NCBI GenBank assembly: GCA_965261735.1
Contig: OZ253470.1
Span: 4,448,001 to 4,512,000, forward strand
Source: Alphaproteobacteria bacterium
Lineage (GTDB): Bacteria > Pseudomonadota > Alphaproteobacteria > SHVV01
DNA: 64,000 nt
Direction of reading: 5' to 3'
A program made the translations under genes and the position numbers. This document shows positions 29,814 to 42,218 of the stretch, piece by piece (position 1 is the stretch's first letter; the number at the start of each line of letters is the position of its first letter). The notes under the pieces were generated by a model. That model was not told the DNA's origin and searched no databases. It was given only the letters and a program-made list of their open reading frames with translations.

Positions 29814-31124
29814 CTACCTTTGAGTGAGCTTGAACTCGATGCGACGGTTTCGGCGATAAGCTATTTCGTCGCCGCGATCATCGATCGGTTGGAATTCACC
29901 AAAGCCGGTCGCAGCTAATCGGGTGGGCGCGATACCTAGGCCCACCAGGAACTCAACAACCGATACCGCGCGGGCGGTTGACAACTCCCAATTCGATGAA
30001 AAATGCTCGGTAACGATGGGAACTCGGTCAGTGTGGCCATCAACGCGCAGTATCCAATCGACATCTGCAGGAATAAGCGCCGCTAACTGCTTGATCACGA
30101 GGGCGAGTTGGGCGAGTTTTCGCGTTCCGGATTGGCCGATCCGCGCCGAGCCCGACGCAAATAGTATTTCGGACTGGAGCACGAAACGATCGCCTACCAC
30201 GCGTACATCGCTTTGGTCACCGAGCACGTCCTGAAGACGACCGAAGAACTCTGACCGATACTTTTCGAGTTCCCGCACCCTTCCGGCAAGTGCTGCGTTC
30301 AACCGCCGGCCAAGCTCATCGTTATTTTCTTTCTGGGCAGCCTCGCGAATCCGCGCCTGTGCAAGCGCGGCCTTGAATTCCTTAAGGTCGGCGCGGAGCG
30401 CCGCAACTTGATTGCTGAGGGTCACAATCTCGGCTTGCCGCCGACCGATCTCGCTGGTGCCCAGGTCAATCGCAGCGTGTGCGGATTTTAGATCGGCATT
30501 GAGGGCGGAGCGTTCTCGACGGAGCGCGGACACGGTCTCGGTTAGGGTGTTGCCCTGCCGAGCGAGAGCGTCGCGGACAGCGCGTTCGCTCTCCATCTCA
30601 ACCGTCAACGCCGCGAGTTGAAGCTGAAGGTCGTTCAATTGTTGTTTGGTCCGTTGCTCGGCGGATTTGAATTCGTTCTCAAGCGTCGTTCGAGCGCTGG
30701 TCATTTTATTGAGCTGTTGCTTGAGCGCACTGGCCTTGACCACGAGTGCCCCACTGACTCCCCGCTCACTTTTTAGTTCTTCAGTTACTGCAGCGAGTTG
30801 CTGCTGCATTTCACGTGTGGCGGCAAGGGAGGATTTTTCTAGTGCGCGGTGCGCATCGCTGATTTCGCCAAGTTGCCATTGGAGCATAGCGTTCTTTGCT
30901 CGTAGCGCTTCGTTTTGCGCTTCGATCTCGGTAAGGCGGACGATGGCCCGCTGGACTTGGCTCATTAAATATTCCAGCTCCCCCCGCCTCGCGGTTGTGT
31001 TTTCGACAACGGCTCTAGCGCGTTCGATTGGTTCTGAAGCCGTGGGTTCCCCGGCCGTGGGAGAGCCGATGGTGGCCAATAGAACTATGGCAAAGAATTT
31101 GAATGCATGCCGGGTTTGCATCAT
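29814..31124 (-). CDS. Coiled-coil protein with C-terminal OmpA/MotB peptidoglycan-binding domain
   Basis: Signal peptide, long heptad region, YRSEFFGRL, ILFASGSA, VDGHTD, NWELSTARA, NRRIE. Confidence 0.9.
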   Translation of the reverse strand: MMQTRHAFKFFAIVLLATIGSPTAGEPTASEPIERARAVVENTTARRGELEYLMSQVQRAIVRLTEIEAQNEALRAKNAMLQWQLGEISDAHRALEKSSLAATREMQQQLAAVTEELKSERGVSGALVVKASALKQQLNKMTSARTTLENEFKSAEQRTKQQLNDLQLQLAALTVEMESERAVRDALARQGNTLTETVSALRRERSALNADLKSAHAAIDLGTSEIGRRQAEIVTLSNQVAALRADLKEFKAALAQARIREAAQKENNDELGRRLNAALAGRVRELEKYRSEFFGRLQDVLGDQSDVRVVGDRFVLQSEILFASGSARIGQSGTRKLAQLALVIKQLAALIPADVDWILRVDGHTDRVPIVTEHFSSNWELSTARAVSVVEFLVGLGIAPTRLAATGFGEFQPIDDRGDEIAYRRNRRIEFKLTQR

Positions 31125-31469
31125 CTGGAATCCACCCCATTCTCTCCGGTTCCTCGAGGGGTCTTGAGATCCTCCCGCTCCTAATTTTCTTGGCTGGGAT
31201 TTCCCATATAGAACCCTCCAGACCAGTAGAATGTCAGGGGAATCGGATAGATGAATTTATCCTGCGATGAGGCTTTGGGGGAAGTCGTCGCCCCATGTTG
31301 CCAGGCTTCGTCTGACACGGAGATTGTCTTTACCGGTAGCGCTGGTCTGCCCCCGTTGAGTAGTCCAGTCCGATTGTCTGTTGTTAAGCGCGCCTTGTTG
31401 ACCCCTCGCAATCCAGCGAGATCAATGGATTACCGCGCCGATCGGCACCGAACCCATGCGCCGATCAAC

Positions 31470-31718
31470 ACCAGTGCGGCCAGCCCGAGCGCGTCGTCCA
31501 GTTCGCGATAAGCGAGCAACCCCGCATCGGAGGTCACCCGCGATCCGTGGAACTCCAGTTTCAGGCGCCGGTCGAAAAGGGGCCGGAGTGGCCCATGATC
31601 CGATTCACCCTCCGGGTTCCGCATCCGAGCCACCTTCCGACACCCTCAAGCCGGCGATTCTTATAGCAGAATCGTGCCAATCATGCATCAGGCGAAGCGG
31701 TCACTTGGGAAATGCGGG
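31470..31718 (-). mobile_element. IS1380-family 5' fragment (copy of 29422-29668)
   Basis: Near-identical DNA. Confidence 0.88.
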
Positions 31719-31924
31719 TATAGTCTTTCCGGCTAGGTAGACCATCCCGAGGACCGGTGAGACGGCATCGACCGCCGTGCGGGCCGCCGGATTGGCGAAG
31801 TTGATGTGTTTTGAGCGTTGTTTACGGATGGCCGTGTCCCGTCCGTTTGAAAGCTCACAGCCACCGTCAGCGGGCAGGTCTAAACTCAGACAGTGTTAAA
31901 TCCCTAAATATGTCCCAATTACCT

Positions 31925-31999
31925 TTGCACCGTATTCGCAGCCGTGCCGGGATCAGGGACGTGCAACTCCACGACCTGAGGCACACTTGTGCAGCATGA
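31925..31999 (+). pseudogene. Tyrosine recombinase catalytic fragment
   Basis: IRSRAGIRDVQLHDLRHT. Confidence 0.65.
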
Positions 32000-32329
32000 T
32001 GACCTACTGCACTATAATCATTGCGTTTTCTTTCCCCTAGTCTCAATCCGGAATCAAATAGTCATCGGATTCAATCTATATCCTGACGCGACATGTCGCG
32101 TCAGGCGTCAACATCGCCCGATTTCCTCGAATCGCACCCAAAGCATCCACGCTGAACAACAAGCGTAGGCTGCTACGCCTTCGCGAAGCAAATTCATCCT
32201 CATTTCACTCAGCCTCCACCGCCGGCCACGGCGCGCAAGGTGCTCGACGCGAAATCGGCGGGACAGCGGCATCTGGCTGTTGATCCCTTCACGCATTGCG
32301 TAACGAACCGCGCGCGGCTATCGGTGCGG

Positions 32330-32546
32330 CCATGACATCATCGTCGTGCTCGCGACGATCAGTGATGATCATCGGCCGGGCCGTCGCCGGCGAGCTTGCA
32401 CGTTCCGCGAGGCCCGTTTCATCGATGCCTTCGTGGATGGTTTGGACCTGGCGGCCGCTGGTTTCGAGCGCGCCGCGCCGAAGGCGACGGGTCGTCCCGG
32501 CTACGATCCGGCGGACCTGCTGAAGCGTTACATATACGGCTGTTAA
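32330..32546 (+). pseudogene. IS1182-family transposase 5' fragment
   Basis: RFIDAFVDGLDL..GRPGYDPADLLK.YIYG. Confidence 0.8.
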
Positions 32547-32740
32547 TCGGCGCGCAGGTTCGACGCCGATCGGCGCGCTGACCCGTTGAGATCCCTTGAT
32601 TCTGGGGGGGTCAAGTTTCTGCGCCGAATAACAAGCCGGGGCCGCCACGTGGATATTGTCAAGCCAGCCACTACGGGTTCCTGCCCGAGGCTGGCGGCAA
32701 GGTGGGCAAGGACAGGCCGACCAAGGTCGGCCGCACCCTA

Positions 32741-34389
32741 GGAGCGTGCGCCGCAGAAAGGTCCGCGCGGCAAAGTTGATAGCGGACGGGTTGTGGGTGG
32801 ATTTGCGCAGGGGGAAGTATGATCCGATACGCCAGTTGCGTGTGGGAACTCCCGATGCCGACCACGTTTCGTGCCTACCAGCCGGACCAACCCTTGCTTT
32901 TGCCGCCGGACTTGCAGGAGTGGGTTTCCCCAGGGCACCTGGCTCATCACGTCAGCGATGTGGTCGATGCACTGGACTTGACGGCGTTCTATGCGCCCTA
33001 CGAGGGGGACGGTCGACGCAACGCCCCCTACGAGCCGTCGATGATGGTCAAGGTGCTGATCTATGCCTACGCGACGGGCACATTCTCCTCGCGCGCGGTG
33101 GCGAGGAAGCTGGAGGAGGATGTAGCGTTTAGGATGCTCGCGGCGGGCAACTTCCCGCAACATCGCACGGTATGTGAGTTCCGACGCCGACATCTGGCGG
33201 AGTTCAGCGAGCTGTTTGTGGGGGTGGTGCAGGTGGCGCGCGAGATGGGACTGGCGCGGTTCGGCAAGCTCTCGGTCGACGGGACGAAGGTGCGAGCGAA
33301 CGCGAGCAAGCGCAAGGCGATGAGCTATGAGCGGATGGGCAAAGAGGCGGCTCGCTTGCAGGCGGAGATCGAGGCGCTGCTGACGACGGCGGGGATGGTG
33401 GACGCCGAAGAAGACGAGCGTTGGGGCGAGGATTTCCGGGGCGACGAGTTGCCCGAGGAGTTGCAACGCAGGGAGAAGCGCCTGGCGGCGATCCAGGCAG
33501 CCAAAGCGCGTTTGGAGGCGGCGCAACGCGGGCGCGACGATGAGCGCGGGCGCGAGCCGGGGCAGGACCGCAATCCCCGGGGCGGGCGGCCTTACAAGCG
33601 GGCCTACGGCGAGCCCGAGCCGAAGGCGCAGAGCAATTTCACCGATCCCGAGAGCCAGATCATGAAGACCAGCAGCGAGGGGTTCCAGCAGTGCTACAAC
33701 GCGCAGATGGCGGTCGATGGGGAGCACCAGATCATCGTCGCGACTCAGGTGGGGCCACAGGCCAGCGACCAGGGTCAGCTGGTGGGGATGCTCGACGAGA
33801 TCAACGAGACGTTTGGGGTCGAGCCTGCGGTGGTACTGGCCGATGCGGGCTACTGCAACGAGCCGGATCTGTTGGAGCTGGAAGATCGCGGCATCGACGC
33901 GCACGTAGCGCTGGGGCGTGAAGGCAAGTCCCAGGTGGCGGTCGACCCGGCCCGGCTCCCTGCCACGCACCGCATGGGTGAGAAACTGGCGAGCCCCGCG
34001 GGCAAAGCCCGGTACGCGCAACGCAAGTGGCTCTCGGAGGCGCCGAACGGGTGGATCAAGGAGGTGCTCGGATTCCGACGATTCAGCCTGCGAGGCTTGG
34101 CGAAGGTGCGCGGCGAGTGGGACCTCGTGTGCTTGGCGTTGAACATCAAGCGGATGGGGACGGTGGCCACGTGCTGAGGCAGGTGCTGGCCTGCCAACGC
34201 ACTTGATCCGGGGCGCGCAGTGCCCATCGACCGCGTATGAAACGCGAATCTCTTCCCTTCCGGCCTTCCGGTCTGGGATTTCCATCCCAGAGTCGGGCGG
34301 GCCAGATATCCACACTCGGGCCAAAATCCCACCTCTCCGGCGGCCGCGCGCCAATCGCCCAACATCAAAACTTCTACGGCGCACGCTCC
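32741..34389 (+). mobile_element. IS1182-family element with intact transposase 32855-34177
   Basis: IRs GGAGCGTGCGCCGCAGAA / TTCTACGGCGCACGCTCC; VDGTKVRANAS, NFTDPES, YNAQ, LADAGY. Confidence 0.93.
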
Positions 34390-34619
34390 TTGGCCGCGGT
34401 CTTATGCGACGGTGGTGTCGGTTCGGACTTTAGTTCAGCGGCTGGCTTCTTTGCAGAAAATGGCTTTTTCAGCATCTTCATCAATGCCTTAGCCAGTTTT
34501 TCCGGGGTCGCACCCTTAAAATCCAGGTTTTCGCCCATCGTTTCTCTCCGTTGTGATGACACACCCTAGAGCCGACCGATTCGCCGCGTCAACCATTTGA
34601 CTCCCCGTCCGGGCGGACA

Positions 34620-34989
34620 CACCTGTTCACCACCACCACCGGCTTTGCCACCCTCGACCGGTTGCTCGCAAGGCTCCACGCCAACAAGATCGAGTTGCTC
34701 CGCGCCCTCGAACGGCCGGATATCCCGCTTCACACCAACGGCTCGGAGAATGACATCCGCTGCCAGGTGACAAGGCGCAAAATCAGCGGTGGCACCCGCT
34801 CGGAGACCGGCCGCAACTGCCGCGACGCCTTCCTCGGCTTGATGAAGACCTGCGACAAGCTCGGCGTCTCGTTCTGGGACTACCTCGGCAGCCGGCTCGA
34901 CACCCCCGGCGCGCCGCCCATCCTCCCCCTGCCAGACCTCATCCGCCAGCGCGCCGCCGCCTGACCGCCCGGCCTTTTGCCCCTGTTAC
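34620..34989 (+). mobile_element. IS66-family 3' fragment
   Basis: PLHTNGSENDIR..RKISGGTRS; ends in TTAC. Confidence 0.82.
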
Positions 34990-35409
34990 TCATGAGGGTG
35001 CTAACCCATTGATATTCCGTGATCTGACCCCCAAGGGTCGGCACTACAGGGTGCCGAACGGAGGGGCGGCGCGTGCGCCGTCAGGCGGAGATCCTCGGTT
35101 CAATGGAGATTCAGAAGGAACTGGCGGGAATTCATTCCCTTTCATCACGACATGGTTATCCCATGTTTCTGGGTTTATGAAATGATCGTCGAGGCTAAGA
35201 CTCGTCGTGGGGGTGACTACGGTGAACATCAGGCAATACCTGTAAATTTCCCTTGTCGGCGCCGGCGGCGATTAACTTGGTTTGGCGGTAGAATACATCC
35301 AGCACGTCGGTTCAAGTAGAACGTCGTGGAAAGGGAAACGGCAAGCTGGCGTGTAACAAGGGCAATCAGTTGCACCAGCCGGGCCACGCGGCAGTATAAG
35401 ATCGCATTA

Positions 35410-35598
35410 ACGAAGTCGACTGATGCTCACCGCGTCGAACCAGGCAAAGACGCGGGCGTGGTCGATGGTGTCGAGGCTGAGCGTCCCGAAGTAAGGCATC
35501 AGGCATTTGCGCAGGTAGACGTCGAAGGTCTCCAAAGAGAACGGCTTCCATCTGTGCCTGCGCCGCTCGCGGTAGCGGGCGGCGAAGTCGCCGCCCAT
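35410..35598 (-). pseudogene. Tyrosine integrase core-binding domain fragment
   Basis: WKP.SLET...LMPYFG.LSLDTI....V.AWFD. Confidence 0.6.
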
Positions 35599-35599
35599 C

Positions 35600-35862
35600 T
35601 TGATGCTGCACCGGACGCGACCTCTTCATACGCCAGCGCACCATGATGCCTAACGCCGTCCGCGCCCATCTAGCGCCGTTCGGTATCATCACGGCCCAGG
35701 GACCGCACAAAATTCCGGCCTTGATCAGGGAGATACAGGCCGGGGAAGTGACGGGATTGCCGCGGATCGCCCTTGCCGTTGTCGAATGCCTGGCCGCACA
35801 GCTGAACAATCTCGAACGCCAACCCTTGCTCTGGCACCGCGTGGATGAGACCAGTCGGCGTC
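35600..35862 (+). pseudogene. IS110 transposase internal remnant
   Basis: LMLHRTR..QRTMMPNAVRAHLA.FGI...WHRVDETSRRLA. Confidence 0.75.
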
Positions 35863-35865
35863 TAG

Positions 35866-36288
35866 CCCGCTTTATTCACGCCGGGTCTGATGTTGGGGAG
35901 GCGGCCGTGGCGTAAGTCGTTGGTATTGGGTAGAAAGTCGTTGTCCAGCGTCCTTCTCCCCAGGCAACGAAAGCGCCACGTCCACCATGACCGAAGATAG
36001 CCTGCTCCCGTTCGATCTGCCAGCCGTCAGACGCAAGAAGGTGACCGCCGATTTCGGCGGCGGGCTGATCTCGTCGGACGGCGGCGTGGTCCTTTTACGC
36101 GAGGCTGAGCGCCGGCTCGGCCTGGCCGAGACGCTGGCGGGCTGCATCCGGGAGTGGCGCGATCCGGCGACGGTGGTCCACACGCTGCCGGCGATGCTGC
36201 GCTTCCGCATGTTCGCGATCGCCTGCGGGTACGAGGATGCCGACGACTGCGACGCCCTGCGCACCGATCCGCTGTTCAAGCTGGCCGC
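35866..36288 (+). mobile_element. IS1380-family 5' fragment
   Basis: End CCCGCTTTATTC after CTAG; MTEDSLLPFDLP..ISSDGG..GYEDADDCD; similar to 38655-39074. Confidence 0.88.
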
Positions 36289-36487
36289 GCGCTGGCCGAT
36301 TACCAAAATCATGTCATCGGATGGCTGCAATGGGAACAGAGTTCCCTTGGAGATGGGGTCGTGGTACGATTTCCGCGAATTTGGATGCCATCTGGAGAAT
36401 GTCGGCTTAGCTGTGCGAGCATCGCTCCATGCGGTAGACGCTCGATCTCCGCCGCCAAGCCGACAAGCAACCAGTCGGAGGATAACC

Positions 36488-37540
36488 ATGCGTACCCACT
36501 CCTCGACCGCACTATCGGTCGTTGCTGCCGCCATTGTGGCGGCATCCAGCGTTGCCGCGGCCCCGTACGATGCGGAGCTGAAGCAGCGCTACGAGGCAGC
36601 CAAGGCCGAAGGCAAGGTCGTCATGTACAGCGTCGAATCGATCGAGCTCATCCAAGAGCTCGCCGATGCCTTCAAGGCCCGCTTCCCGGGAATCGATTTC
36701 GACTTCTTCCGCGGCGACAGTACGCAGATCGCCCAGCGCTTCGAAGCCGAGACGGCGGCGGGTCGGCACCTGTCGGACGTGCTCATGCTCACGGCCACCG
36801 ACAGCGAAAACATGACCAGGGACGGGCTGCTGCTGGACACCAACTCGCCGGTTGCCAAGAGCTATCCCGCCGGCACCCAGCCAACCAACGGCTATTGGTA
36901 CAACTACGGCCTGAACACGGTCGGCTTCGCCTACAACACCGACCTCGTGAAGCCGAGCGAGGCGCCCAAGACCTGGGAGGACCTGCTCGATCCCAAGTGG
37001 AAGGGCAAGATCGGCATGCAGGACCCGAAGTCCGGCGGCGGCGGCGCCCACGCCTGGGTGGCGCGGATGTACCAGGTCTACGGCGAGGAGAGGTGGTTCG
37101 AGTTCATGGACAGAATGGGCGGCCAGATCGGCAAGTTCGGCCGCTATTTCCCGATCCGCGAATCGCTCGCCTCGGGTGAGATCGCGATCCAGCTCGCCGC
37201 CTATCCCGACTACACCGAGCCCCTGAAGATCAAGGGCGCGCCGATCGACTGGGGTACGCCGACGCCGATGTTCTTCGTCGGCCTCACCGTTCAGGCGAAC
37301 AAGTCGGCACCGCACCCGAACGCGGCTCGCCTCGTCGTCGACTTCATCCTGACACCGGAGGCGCAGAAGATTATTGGCGGCACCGGCAAGATCCCCGCGG
37401 ATCCTGCCAACCGCCCGGGCGGCTTCGCCCGCCTCAACGACGCGATGATGGAGCCGATGGACGCGAACCGGCTATGGAGCATCCATTCCAAGGACTGGTT
37501 CAACGAACGCATCCGCAAGTACTTCGCGGCGGGACGCTAG
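36488..37540 (+). CDS. ABC transporter substrate-binding protein (Fe3+/thiamine-like family)
   Basis: RBS GGAGG then ATG at 36488; signal peptide; AKAEGKVVMY, YNTDLV, PKTWEDLLDPKWKGKI, APHPNAARL. Confidence 0.9.
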   Translation: MRTHSSTALSVVAAAIVAASSVAAAPYDAELKQRYEAAKAEGKVVMYSVESIELIQELADAFKARFPGIDFDFFRGDSTQIAQRFEAETAAGRHLSDVLMLTATDSENMTRDGLLLDTNSPVAKSYPAGTQPTNGYWYNYGLNTVGFAYNTDLVKPSEAPKTWEDLLDPKWKGKIGMQDPKSGGGGAHAWVARMYQVYGEERWFEFMDRMGGQIGKFGRYFPIRESLASGEIAIQLAAYPDYTEPLKIKGAPIDWGTPTPMFFVGLTVQANKSAPHPNAARLVVDFILTPEAQKIIGGTGKIPADPANRPGGFARLNDAMMEPMDANRLWSIHSKDWFNERIRKYFAAGR

Positions 37541-39074
37541 CCTGACTTATTCATCGGAGGCAGAGTTTATCGGTTGATTTTGAGCGCGCGAAGGTTTGTG
37601 TTCGGCGCCTTGCGGTGCCGGGATTTGAGGTTGGCGGTGTCGGGGTTTGGGGTTGAATGGGCTCGGGTTGGCGGGGCACGGCGCCCCGGCGATCAGGGGC
37701 CCGCGGCGGCGAGGCGCCCGGCCAGCAGGCGGAACAGGGCGGCATCCGGACAGGCCGAAGCGAAGTGGATGCGGATGCGGGCGGCCTTTTCGACGACGCG
37801 GGCGCCGATCTTGAGCAGGCTTTTCCTGAGGGTCGCGAACTCGGCCCAGGCAAGCGGCATCCGGCGGGGCACGGCATCGCGCAGGGCGAGCATGAGCCAG
37901 TAGGCCGCGGTGTGCAGGACGAGGCGGAACTGGTTGGCGAGCGGGCTCTGGCAGGAGGTCCGGTCGGAGGCGAGCTGGCCCTTGTGCAGCTTGATGAGGT
38001 TCTCGGCCTGGCCGCGGGCGCAGTAGATACCTTCATAGAGATGTCGGGGCTCGCCACCGAGCGAGGTGACGATGTAGCGGGCGGCGAAGCCCCGCATCCT
38101 GTCCGCGCCGGCCTCGGCGCGGCGCACCCTGAGGTCGTCGGCCACCTCGTATGAGAGGCGGTGCAACACGCTGTTACCGGCCAGGCCGAAGATGTAGTCG
38201 ACGCCGTTGTCCTCGCACCACGCCATGGCCTCGGTCCGTCCGTAATGGGAATCTCCCCGGAAGGTGAGCCGGGTGCGCGGCCAGTGCCGGCGGATGCGGC
38301 GCACCAGGTGCTTGAGGAGGATGCGGACCTCGACCCCCGACGGTGTCTTGCCCGGACGCAGGAGCACCGCCACCGGCTTGCCGCTCTTGAGACATGGTAG
38401 ACGTGGACCGGCAGGAAGCAGCGGGTGTCGTAATGGGCGTGGAACAGCGACAGCTGCTGGCGGCCGTGCACCGGATCGCAGGTGTCGTCGATGTCCAGCG
38501 TGATCGCCGTCGGCGGGGCGGGGAAGGAACGGCAGAAGATGTCGACCAGGGCGGCCGTCATGCGCCCCACCTCGATGCGGGACGGCGCGTTCTCCAGACG
38601 GCTCATGGTCGGCTGAGAACACAGGGCGCGGCCGCTCTCCGGCGCCCGGCCGACGGCCAGCTTGAACAAGGGATCGCCACGTAGCGCGTCGCAGTCGTCG
38701 GCATCCTCGTACCCGCAGGCGATCGCGAACATGCGAAAGCGCAGCATCCCCGGCAGCACATGGACCACCCGCTCCGGGTCGCGCCACTCCCGGATGCAAC
38801 CCGCCAGCGTCTCGGACAGGCCGAGCCGGCGTTCCGCCTCGCGCAACAGAACGAGGCCGCCGTCCGACGAGATCAGCCCGCCCCCGAAATCGGCGGTCAC
38901 CTTCTTGCGACTTACGGCTCGAAGATCGAACGGGAGCAGGATATCTTCGGTCATGGCGGGCGTGGCGCTTTCGTTGCCTGGGGAGAAGGACGCTGGACAA
39001 CGACTTTCTACCCAATACCAACGGCTTACGCCATGTCCGCCATCACATCGTCGCACCGCAAAGAATAAAGCGGG
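37541..39074 (-). mobile_element. IS1380-family element with both ends; transposase (37693-38954) frameshifted and internally deleted
   Basis: Ends CCTGACTTATTC and CCCGCTTTATTC, CTAG on both sides; LDIDDT, FRGDSHY, RGQAENLIK. Confidence 0.92.
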
Positions 39075-39118
39075 CTAGCGTCCCGCCGCGAAGTACTTGC
39101 GGATGCGTTCGTTGAACC
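39075..39118 (-). repeat. 44-bp inverted copy of 37497-37540 (3' end of the SBP gene)
   Basis: Exact reverse complement by eye. Confidence 0.9.
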
Positions 39119-40070
39119 TTGCCTATCCGGTTTACACCCACACCCACTAGGGCTAGAATGGGCGCAACCCGGATATAGGGGAGCGCGCCATGGATGTTCT
39201 CGACCGCGCCGATCTCCCATTCCCGCATTCGCTACCCGAGTTCCAGCGACTTTTCCCCGATGATGCGGCCTGCGCCGCCTACCTGGAGAAAGCCCGCTGG
39301 GGAGACGGCTTTGCCTGCCCGCACTGCGGCACGGCGGGAGAGCCGTTCCACTTTGAAAACCGCCCTGGCGTCCTGCGCTGCCGCAAGTGCCGCCAAGAAC
39401 ACCGGGCTGACGGTGGGAACAGTGATGGAGCGTAGCCACACTCCGCTGAACGTCTGGTTCTGGGCCGCTTATCTGGTCGCCAGTCAGACGCCCGGCATGT
39501 CCGCCGTGCAGTTTCAGCGGCAACTTGGTCTTTCGCGCTACGAGACGGCCTTTCAAATTCTCCACAAGCTCCGCTCGGGCATGGTGCGGCCCAACCAAGA
39601 CAGGATCGGTGGACAGCCCAAGAACCATGTTGAGGTGGACGAAACCTGGGTTGGCGGGCGAACGCGTGGGGAAGGCCGTGGTGTTCACCACAAGGTTCCC
39701 GTCTCCTGTGCCATCGACGTCGTGCTCGACCGTAGCGCCGAGTCGCTCTGTGGGTTCGTCGAGAGCACCGTCGCGCCGCGATCGCTGATCGTTACTGACG
39801 ATTGGAGCGGCTATGCTGGCCTCGGGAAGCGCGGCTATGAGCACTTCGCTGTTGCCGAGTGTGGTGATCCAGAGGTTGCCGAGCAATACCTGCCGATCAT
39901 CCATCTGGTTTTCGCCAACCTGAAGACGTGGCTGATCGGTATCCACCACGGCGTTAGCCACCAGCACCTACAAGCCTACCTCAACGAGTTCACCTTCCGC
40001 TTCAACAGGCGGTTCTACCCGTTCAACGCCTTCCGCTCATTGCTCGGCATCGCGGGCGACACCTCTGCTC
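39117..40070 (+). mobile_element. IS1595-family element; +1 frameshift near 39395, internal deletion, 3' end lost
   Basis: Comparison with the 2248-4502 copy; HGVSHQHLQAYLNEFTFRFNRR. Confidence 0.9.
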
Positions 40071-40359
40071 CAATCCCAATACCGGCAACGCAGGGGCGAT
40101 TACGCCAACCCACACCTACAGATCGCCCGGCGGAATCTACCGCAGGGAATAACAGTTCACCGTGACCGCCGGCGGGCGCACCGAGCAAGCCCACGGCAGC
40201 GCCTGCCGCCAGCCCGACGGCTCGTGGCGGGTATCGAACCAGCACCGCACCCTCCCATGGTGACTTGCCTAGCGCAGTAACAGCGGCGATCGATTCAACT
40301 GTCCTTGCACGGTCCAGCCGTTCCGGCCCCATCCGGTTCCGTTACGCCGGCGAGAGCCA

Positions 40360-40447
40360 GAGCTTGAGCCGAAGGCGGGCGAGGGCGGATGCCGAAGAGG
40401 GTGTCCCCGCCCGGTTCCGCATTCACGCAATCCCGGAGACCGATATG
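40360..40447 (+). promoter_or_regulatory. Structured leader shared with 51558-51646
   Basis: GAGCTT..GGCGGGCG..GGATG..GAGGG..CCCCGCC..GGAGAC..ATG with 85-86 bp spacing in both. Confidence 0.45.
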
Positions 40448-42070
40448 CATGACCCCGAACGCGAAATCCGCGACATCCCGCTGTCCCAACTCGAACTCTC
40501 GCCCGGCAATGTGCGCAAGACGCCGGCCGATGATTCGGCCTTCACCGAGCTCAAGGCCTCGATCGCAGCCCACGGGTTGCTCGAGAACCTGATTGCCCGT
40601 TCCGTGAGACCCGGCGCGGATTGCGTCGCGCGCTACGCGGTGATCGCCGGCGGGAGGCGGCTTGCCGCGATGCAGGCGCTGGCCGCCGAAGGCGCGCTGG
40701 AAGAGGACCACCCCGTGCCGTGCCGAATGATCGGGGATATCGTGGCGGCCGAAGAAGTTTCGCTGGCCGAGAACAGTGTCCGCGCCGCGATGCACCCGGC
40801 CGATCAGGTCGAGGCGTTCCGCCGCCTGGCCGATGCGGGCAGCACGGCGGGCGCCATCGCGGCGCGCTTCGGGGTCTCGGAACGCACCGTGGAGAAACGC
40901 TTGCGGCTCGGCAACGCCGCACCGGTGCTGCTCGAGGCCTACCGAGCAGGCGAAATCGATCTGGACACATTGATGGCCTTCGCCGTCACCACAAATCAGG
41001 CACGCCAGAGCGCGGTCTGGGAGACGGTGAGCCAACAGGGCTACCGGCCTGGCGCCAGGCAGGTCAAGCGCCTGCTGACCGAGGACCGGGTTCCGGCCAC
41101 CTCCGCAATCGTGCGTTTCGTCGGCATCGAGGCTTACGAGGCGGCGGGCGGCAGGATCGACCGCGACCTGTTCGCCGAGGAGGACGAGCGAGGGATCTGG
41201 TTCGACGATCCTAACCTCTTGAACAAGCTCGCCATGGACAGCCTCCAGGTGGCGGCGAGGGAACTGGAGACGCGCTGGAAATGGGCCGAGGCGCGGCTCG
41301 ACGTGGACTGGAGCGCCACCGCGAGCTTTGGGCGGGTGCGTCCGCAACCGGCCGAGCCGACGGACGAGGAGAAGGCCGAGATCGAACGCTTGAGGACCCG
41401 CAACGACGGACTCGCCAACATGGACGACGACGGCTGGACCGAAGAATTGGTCGAGGAAGCCGATGCCAACGAGACGCGCCTGGACGAGATCGAAGCCACG
41501 ATCGAGGCCCGCGCGGTCTACCGTCGCGAGGATATCGCCATCGCCGGGTGCATCGCCACCGTCGGCAACGACGGCGAACTCAAACTGATCCAGGGCCTGG
41601 TCAGGCCCGAGGACATGCCCGCGCGCGAAGCAGGCGATGCGGCCGCGGCCGGGCACGCCGATACTGCCGATGGAGAGGAAAACACCATCTCCGGCATTGA
41701 TGCGCCCACATTCGTGGCTCCCCTCGCTTCTCCCGGCGATACGGAAGCCGAGGCGCGCAAGGAAGTGGGTGTAGGCATCGGTCTTGCCGACGATCTGCGG
41801 GCCATCCGCACGGCCATCGTCAAGAGTCAGCTCGCCTGCGACTTCGAGGTAGCCTTCGATCTGCTGCTGTTCCAGCTTGCCCGCAGCGTGTTCACCAACG
41901 GCTACCATGATGCCGCACTCGATATCAGGGCGGCCGAAACACCGGACCGTCCCGCCATGCGGGTCAACGACGATGCTTTCGGCACCATCAATGTCGGTGA
42001 GAAGCACCTCGAGATCGACCGTGCCGCGCAAAAGCTCGATTGGACCGGCCTGCCCGAAGTCGAGGCCTTC
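40445..42070 (+). pseudogene. Plasmid/ICE-type ParB/Spo0J-family protein, C-terminally truncated (ORF runs on to 42271)
   Basis: NVRKT, ASIAAHGLLENL, VIAGGRRLAA, SLAEN..R..MHPADQ, HTH; reads as unrelated sequence after VEAFAA. Confidence 0.82.
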
Positions 42071-42218
42071 GCCGCGGCGTCGCCGGGATGCAATTTCGGA
42101 AGACTCCTGACGCGGGTCGCGGGCGCACTTCTGCGACGACGCAGTAGGGTCCAGGACAATGCGCGGCGGGTCGACGGAATCGGTTGTCGTCCCCGGGCCG
42201 CGATCGTCTCGAGAGGGA

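Noticed and set aside
35987-37540. 517-aa transposase-SBP fusion as a real protein
   Set aside because: The SBP has its own RBS, ATG (36488) and signal peptide; the linker looks like read-through intergenic DNA
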